IMG/VR virus record: IMGVR_UViG_3300016476_001169
Coordinates: 32,001 to 96,000 of that record
Direction: 5' to 3' (one strand)
DNA length: 64,000 bases
DNA from: a virus
The notes beneath the pieces are model-generated. The model was not told the DNA's origin, did not search any database, and worked only from the letters and a program-made list of their open reading frames with translations. A program made the position numbers and the translations under genes. Every line of letters begins with the position of its first letter. The stretch's first letter is position 1. Shown here piece by piece: positions 60,403 to 64,000 of the stretch.

Positions 60403-60681
60403 ATGTACATTACCAACATCTTTGCAGACATCGACGACTTATCAACTGGTTATTCCGCTTTTGTATCTTATGGATTAGAAGAAGATGATGATTTGGACTT
60501 TATTGGTATCTATCCTCTTAATAGACTGATTGGAAATAATAGTTTTGACAGCGAAGAATCGCTTAAAAGTGCGATTAAGAATGCTTTAGTTAGCACTTAT
60601 CCAAATAAAAAGATTACTTTTGATTATTATTTCCAATATGAAAGTAATGAAGTAATTAAGCGATACAATGAATCTGCATAA
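60403..60681 (+). CDS. array gene: hypothetical protein (leadered, has SD)
   Basis: module ends TATACTAGT-AAGGAAG (SD) before the ATG. Confidence 0.7.
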   Translation: MYITNIFADIDDLSTGYSAFVSYGLEEDDDLDFIGIYPLNRLIGNNSFDSEESLKSAIKNALVSTYPNKKITFDYYFQYESNEVIKRYNESA

Positions 60682-60730
60682 GTTATGCAGATTTTTGGCG
60701 ATGGGCCAAAAACTACAAAGGTTTATTTTG

Positions 60731-60812
60731 TGGTAGTAGCAAGAGGAGGCCTCGAACCTGCCGTCTCCCGTTCCGGAACGCTTGTTTTATCCAAATAAAC
60801 TATCTTGCTACT
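60731..60812 (-). ncRNA. tRNA-like element with extended acceptor stem, encoded CCA and aberrant anticodon arm
   Basis: AGTAGCAAGA/TCTTGCTACT + A-CCA; D arm GTTT-ATTTGGATA-AAAC; T arm GCAGG-TTCGAGG-CCTCC (one mismatch); anticodon region CGTTCCGGAACG cannot form a 5-bp stem with a 7-nt loop. Confidence 0.65.
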
Positions 60813-60819
60813 ACTACTT

Positions 60820-60977
60820 ATATGCCTTGACATAACTGTTTGCGTCAGTCCCTGCCAAGGACAGTAAGAACTTGTGGCTTTTTGACCACCCCAAGGTTGC
60901 TACCCTTATTTGAATCTCGCAATAGATTCTAGCCGTTCTGGATTCTTACTGGCTGAGGTTGTTCGAATCAACCTCAT
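60820..60977 (-). ncRNA. candidate structured RNA transcribed from an array module, contiguous with the tRNA-like element
   Basis: stems TGAGGTTG/CAACCTCA, CAGTAAGAA/TTCTTACTG enclosing three hairpins, CCTTGGCA/TGTCAAGG; only a 23-codon ORF (60906-60977). Confidence 0.5.
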
Positions 60978-61047
60978 ACTATTATAGAGCATTATTGTGG
61001 TTTTTAAGATAAATTTTTGGGGGACTGGAGCCAAAAGTTACAAAGGA

Positions 61048-61374
61048 TTAAATCCTTTGTTTTACATTGGCATCTTTATCTTCCCAATTAAAGAAAAGAA
61101 AAGCAAAGAATGCAAGTGCATATAAAACCAATGCAGAGCCGAATGAAAAGTTCAAAAGATTCATTGCTATTGGTGCTTTATCATTACCAGTAATAATCCA
61201 CTCAATCCAACCGCCAATAATTCCAATTACTGGAGTGGCAATCAAAGCAATCGTGCCAAGTTTAACAAGATACTTGCCTAAAAATTTCATTACACCAATA
61301 GCAACAGCAACAATAAGAGTAAACAAGCCGATGTAAACAAGTGACTGAAGCAGTCGGGCAGTAATTTCGTTCAT
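61048..61374 (-). CDS. array gene: three-TM membrane protein
   Basis: start reassigned to MNEITA. Confidence 0.7.
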   Translation of the reverse strand: MNEITARLLQSLVYIGLFTLIVAVAIGVMKFLGKYLVKLGTIALIATPVIGIIGGWIEWIITGNDKAPIAMNLLNFSFGSALVLYALAFFAFLFFNWEDKDANVKQRI

Positions 61375-61486
61375 ACTATTATAGAATCCAATCAATCAAT
61401 TTAAGATAAAAATGGGGGCTACTCCCCAAAGGCTACAAAGGACTAATAATCGTCACCACCATAGTAACCATTCACGATTTTGCATT

Positions 61487-61810
61487 TTAAAATTCCCCAT
61501 ACTCAGATAGGATTTTGTTTTTGATTCTAGATGGTAGTTCAACATTTTTGGCTAAACCCATCAAGATTTGTTTTGGTTGCAATAGAGATTTACGTTTTTC
61601 TTGGTTGACTTTCCATTCATAAACAACCAAACACCATTCCCCATCCCATCCATGTTCGTGCTTAATAAAATATGTTTCTCCATCAACAGAAGGAAAAACA
61701 CCATCAACAAAAATCTCCGTATCCATAGGTTTAAAGAAATCTGTGTTATAAAAAATTTCTCTACCTGAATTGGTTTTCAGATTATAAATCCAATACTTTG
61801 GTTTTTGCAT
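61487..61810 (-). CDS. array gene: hypothetical protein
   Basis: start reassigned to MQKPKY. Confidence 0.7.
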   Translation of the reverse strand: MQKPKYWIYNLKTNSGREIFYNTDFFKPMDTEIFVDGVFPSVDGETYFIKHEHGWDGEWCLVVYEWKVNQEKRKSLLQPKQILMGLAKNVELPSRIKNKILSEYGEF

Positions 61811-61879
61811 ACTATTATAGAATCCAATCAATCAGTTTAAGATAAATTTTTGGCCAGAGGCCCCAAAATCTACAAAGGA

Positions 61880-62188
61880 CTAATAATCGTCACCGCCATA
61901 GTAACCGTAGTCCTCGTCACAGCCATATCCAGCTGAAGCAAGAGCATCTGCATCATCGCTCATGTCGTGGCAATTATAAGGAAAACAGTACTCTTCAGGG
62001 TCAGGCTCTGCAAGCACATCATAAGTGGCTATGCACTCGCCGTCGTGGTCAACGGTGTATATTTCACCCGGACCAAATCTACCCTCGCTGTCGTTTACAG
62101 CGATGTCTATCATCACACGAGAAAGAATCGTGCAAATGTCCGAAGCGGAAGCACTGGAAGGGACGCTGAAGTTGATGTTGATTTCCAT
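61880..62188 (-). CDS. array gene: acidic protein ending DADALASAGYGCDEDYGYYGGDDY
   Basis: start reassigned to MEININ. Confidence 0.75.
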   Translation of the reverse strand: MEININFSVPSSASASDICTILSRVMIDIAVNDSEGRFGPGEIYTVDHDGECIATYDVLAEPDPEEYCFPYNCHDMSDDADALASAGYGCDEDYGYYGGDDY

Positions 62189-62254
62189 ACTAGTATAGAA
62201 CATTATGGTATTTTTTAAGATAAAACCGGGGACAGGGCCAAAACCTACAAAGTG

Positions 62255-62596
62255 CTAATCTTCGAGGTCTGGATTGACTTGAATCCTAGTTTTACTAAGG
62301 ACTTCTGCCATTTTGTAGCATTCTACAAGATATTCATGCACAGTTCGTGCAATGTAAAGCGGGTGAATCGACGCACCTATGTTTTTGGCTGGCATTGAAA
62401 AAACTATTTCTGTTTTGCCATCTGCAAATGACACAATGTCAGCAAGTAGGTCAATGTCTTTGTAGTCACGATAAATAATATCAATGACACCAAAGTCATG
62501 GGTAGCACGATAGATGATTTCTTTTGATTTCTCAAGAAGAATGTTTTGGATAAAATCATCAACGGATACTGCGAAGATTGCTCTAGATGTTGTCAT
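62255..62596 (-). CDS. array gene: hypothetical protein
   Basis: ATG fused to module. Confidence 0.7.
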   Translation of the reverse strand: MTTSRAIFAVSVDDFIQNILLEKSKEIIYRATHDFGVIDIIYRDYKDIDLLADIVSFADGKTEIVFSMPAKNIGASIHPLYIARTVHEYLVECYKMAEVLSKTRIQVNPDLED

Positions 62597-62679
62597 ACTA
62601 CTATAGAATCCAATAATACTTTTTAAGATAAAAGCGGGGGTGCCCCAAAATTTACAAAGGATTAAATTCCTTTGTAAAT

Positions 62680-62967
62680 TTAATAATCATCATCCCAACG
62701 CTCGCCAGCATCTGATTCATCAAACCAATCAGGGGCAACGCTGGACAGATTTACAGGGTGATAACTGCTCCCGCAGTCATTGAACGACGCTTGGGGGTAA
62801 GCGGCTTTTGCTTCCTCAAGAGTATCAAACTCATCGAGCCAAATCCTGCAAGTCTGACCTGCAAGAACTGACGATTCGGAATAAACACCGTACTCATACA
62901 CGCCATACGTTTCATTGCAATAGGTTGCGCCAGCAGATGGATACTCTATTCTAAACTCTGTTTTCAT
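62680..62967 (-). CDS. array gene: acidic hypothetical protein
   Basis: ATG fused to module; SSVLAGQ...PDWFDESDAGERWDDDY. Confidence 0.75.
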   Translation of the reverse strand: MKTEFRIEYPSAGATYCNETYGVYEYGVYSESSVLAGQTCRIWLDEFDTLEEAKAAYPQASFNDCGSSYHPVNLSSVAPDWFDESDAGERWDDDY

Positions 62968-63034
62968 ACTACTATAGAATCTTGTATCTACTTTTTAAGA
63001 TAAACCCGGGCAGTGCACCAAAGTTTACAAAGCC

Positions 63035-63472
63035 TTAAGTCGGTACACTATTGTAAACCTTAAGTGTAAAAATACCTAAACTATTAAACATATCAATACA
63101 GTCATCTCTATCTTCAATAGCATACACAGGAATGTAGTCATGGCATTTCATTTCTTCTATTAAATCGCTTTTAACCATAGGTGATTTACGGTAATCATTC
63201 TTATTTCGCATAAATAGAGCATCATAATCAATGTTATTATCTTCTAACCATTTAGTTGTGAGTTCTCTATTAGATTCTGGGCGGGCTGTTAGAATAATAA
63301 TCATGTACTTTTCTTTAAGCATGTTAATAAGTTCTCTAACAGGTTCAACAACTAAATCTTCATTGCAGTTATTAAAAAATGATTGCCAATCTTTTTTCTT
63401 TGATTCTATGAAATGTAATCGGTGATTACAATCAGCTAAGGTTCCATCTAAATCTACGATTACACTATCCAT
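63035..63472 (-). CDS. array gene: HAD phosphatase, PNK 3'-phosphatase-like (paralog of 43933..44385)
   Basis: MDSVIVDLDGTLADCNHRLH, LTARPE, IEDR; start reassigned. Confidence 0.85.
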   Translation of the reverse strand: MDSVIVDLDGTLADCNHRLHFIESKKKDWQSFFNNCNEDLVVEPVRELINMLKEKYMIIILTARPESNRELTTKWLEDNNIDYDALFMRNKNDYRKSPMVKSDLIEEMKCHDYIPVYAIEDRDDCIDMFNSLGIFTLKVYNSVPT

Positions 63473-63546
63473 ACTAATATAGAGCCCCTTTTTTATTTTT
63501 ATGATATTTATTGACACGAGCCAGAACCTACAAAGAGTAAATCTTT

Positions 63547-63879
63547 CTAGGGAACCTTGCTGGTGTGGCATAGGAGAACATTACCAACAATCGGGCGACC
63601 TGCCAACTCGGTTGCCTCAATGTTGAGGGTTGGATTATTCCAAAGACCCTCTTCGTCACATACAAGAATGTATTCTGTATCTGGAACATCAACCAACTCA
63701 ATGGAATCACAGCCGATTGCATTGTAGAGTCCTGAGAGACCAAACACCATGTCGCCATCATGCTCGACAGCAGGTGGAACAACATTGACTACATCGTAGC
63801 CACCTGTAGGGGTGATAAGTACACCGACACCGCTATCGACGATTTTCTTGACTGAAGGTTGAAGAGTGATTGTATTCAT
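63547..63879 (-). CDS. array gene: DUF3846-like protein
   Basis: LYNAIGCDSIELV...CDEEG...NIEAT...IVGNVLL. Confidence 0.7.
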   Translation of the reverse strand: MNTITLQPSVKKIVDSGVGVLITPTGGYDVVNVVPPAVEHDGDMVFGLSGLYNAIGCDSIELVDVPDTEYILVCDEEGLWNNPTLNIEATELAGRPIVGNVLLCHTSKVP

Positions 63880-64000
63880 ACTATTATAGAAGCCCCCTTT
63901 TATTTTTAAGATGTTTCGACCAGATCACCCACCTTCTACAAACCCTTATTTGTTGGGATTGAGAAGATGACAAAAGGTGTTACTATAAAAATGCCAAGTC

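Larger units (their letters stand above)
52352..60720 (+). repeat. plus-strand arm of the cassette array: 28 copies of the intergenic module
   Basis: (A/G)TCTTAAAA-~13 nt-TTCTATA(A/G)TAGT-A immediately before 52390, 52725, 52887, 53054, 53165, 53353, 53753, 54034, 54372, 54586, 54837, 55259, 55613, 55971, 56275, 56536, 56905, 57231, 57410, 57605, 57933, 58157, 58558, 58872, 59316, 59622, 60172, 60390; most carry the CTTTGT arm ~63 bp upstream. Confidence 0.95.
60700..63945 (-). repeat. minus-strand arm of the cassette array: 8 copies of the same module
   Basis: reverse-complement motif before starts at 60977, 61374, 61810, 62188, 62596, 62967, 63472, 63879. Confidence 0.95.

Noticed and set aside
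60731-60812. Canonical tRNA-Arg(CCG) or tRNA-Pro(CGG)
   Set aside because: The anticodon stem cannot form 5 bp with a 7-nt loop and the acceptor stem is over-long; kept only as tRNA-like
60906-60977. 23-aa ORF MRLIRTTSASKNPERLESIARFK
   Set aside because: Lies wholly within strong stems and leaves ~170 nt of the cassette unexplained; an RNA reading is preferred, though translation is not excluded
52827-63571. Shared N-terminal peptide FILK...GFYNSM in several track ORFs
   Set aside because: It is the translated module upstream of the true ATG; it appears only where no in-frame stop happens to occur
52352-63945. CRISPR array interpretation of the repeats
   Set aside because: Intervening segments are ~75-450 bp, variable in length and encode ORFs; repeats are degenerate; no cas genes in the window
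52352-63945. Classical integron with attC sites
   Set aside because: No RYYYAAC...GTTRRRY ends or long imperfect palindrome, cassettes carry their own promoter-like element, and no IntI is visible; only an analogy is retained
1-64000. Stop-codon reassignment as in some large phages
   Set aside because: Conserved genes are full length in the standard code and TAA, TAG and TGA all end genes

Overview
Fragment of an AT-rich, very large (jumbo-type) tailed-phage genome, read in the standard genetic code. 1-8.9 kb is a minus-strand replication/recombination module: primase Zn finger, DnaB helicase, DnaC-like loader, Ycf46-like AAA ATPase, and a Rad50/SbcC split into pieces around Mre11/SbcD. 9-34.7 kb holds mixed virion and metabolic genes: nrdAB, RusA, nitrilase-family hydrolase, beta-helix and long repeat-rich tail proteins, GH108 lysozyme, signal peptidase I. 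34.7-43.9 kb is a glycosyltransferase/methyltransferase/GDP-sugar epimerase island. 44-52 kb has a zeta-toxin-like protein, two DUF2829/Tad2-like proteins, tail proteins, and several proteins sharing a helical leader ending (R/K)(I/L/F)A. 51.5-52.3 kb is a repeat-rich non-coding junction with iteron-like repeats. The most striking structure is 52.3-64 kb: at least 36 copies of a ~63-bp intergenic module (CTTTGTRNNTTYTGG, GC core, TTTTATCTTAAAA, ~13 nt, TTCTATA(A/G)TAGT, ATG), almost all fused directly to the start codon of a small gene. 28 copies lie on + and 8 on -, converging at ~60.7 kb on a structured RNA that ends in a tRNA-like domain with CCA. Duplicated, reordered and partly overwritten cassettes suggest modular gene exchange through the repeat. 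No integrase, cas or sigma-factor gene is visible in this window. All calls are from reading the sequence by eye; no searches were run.
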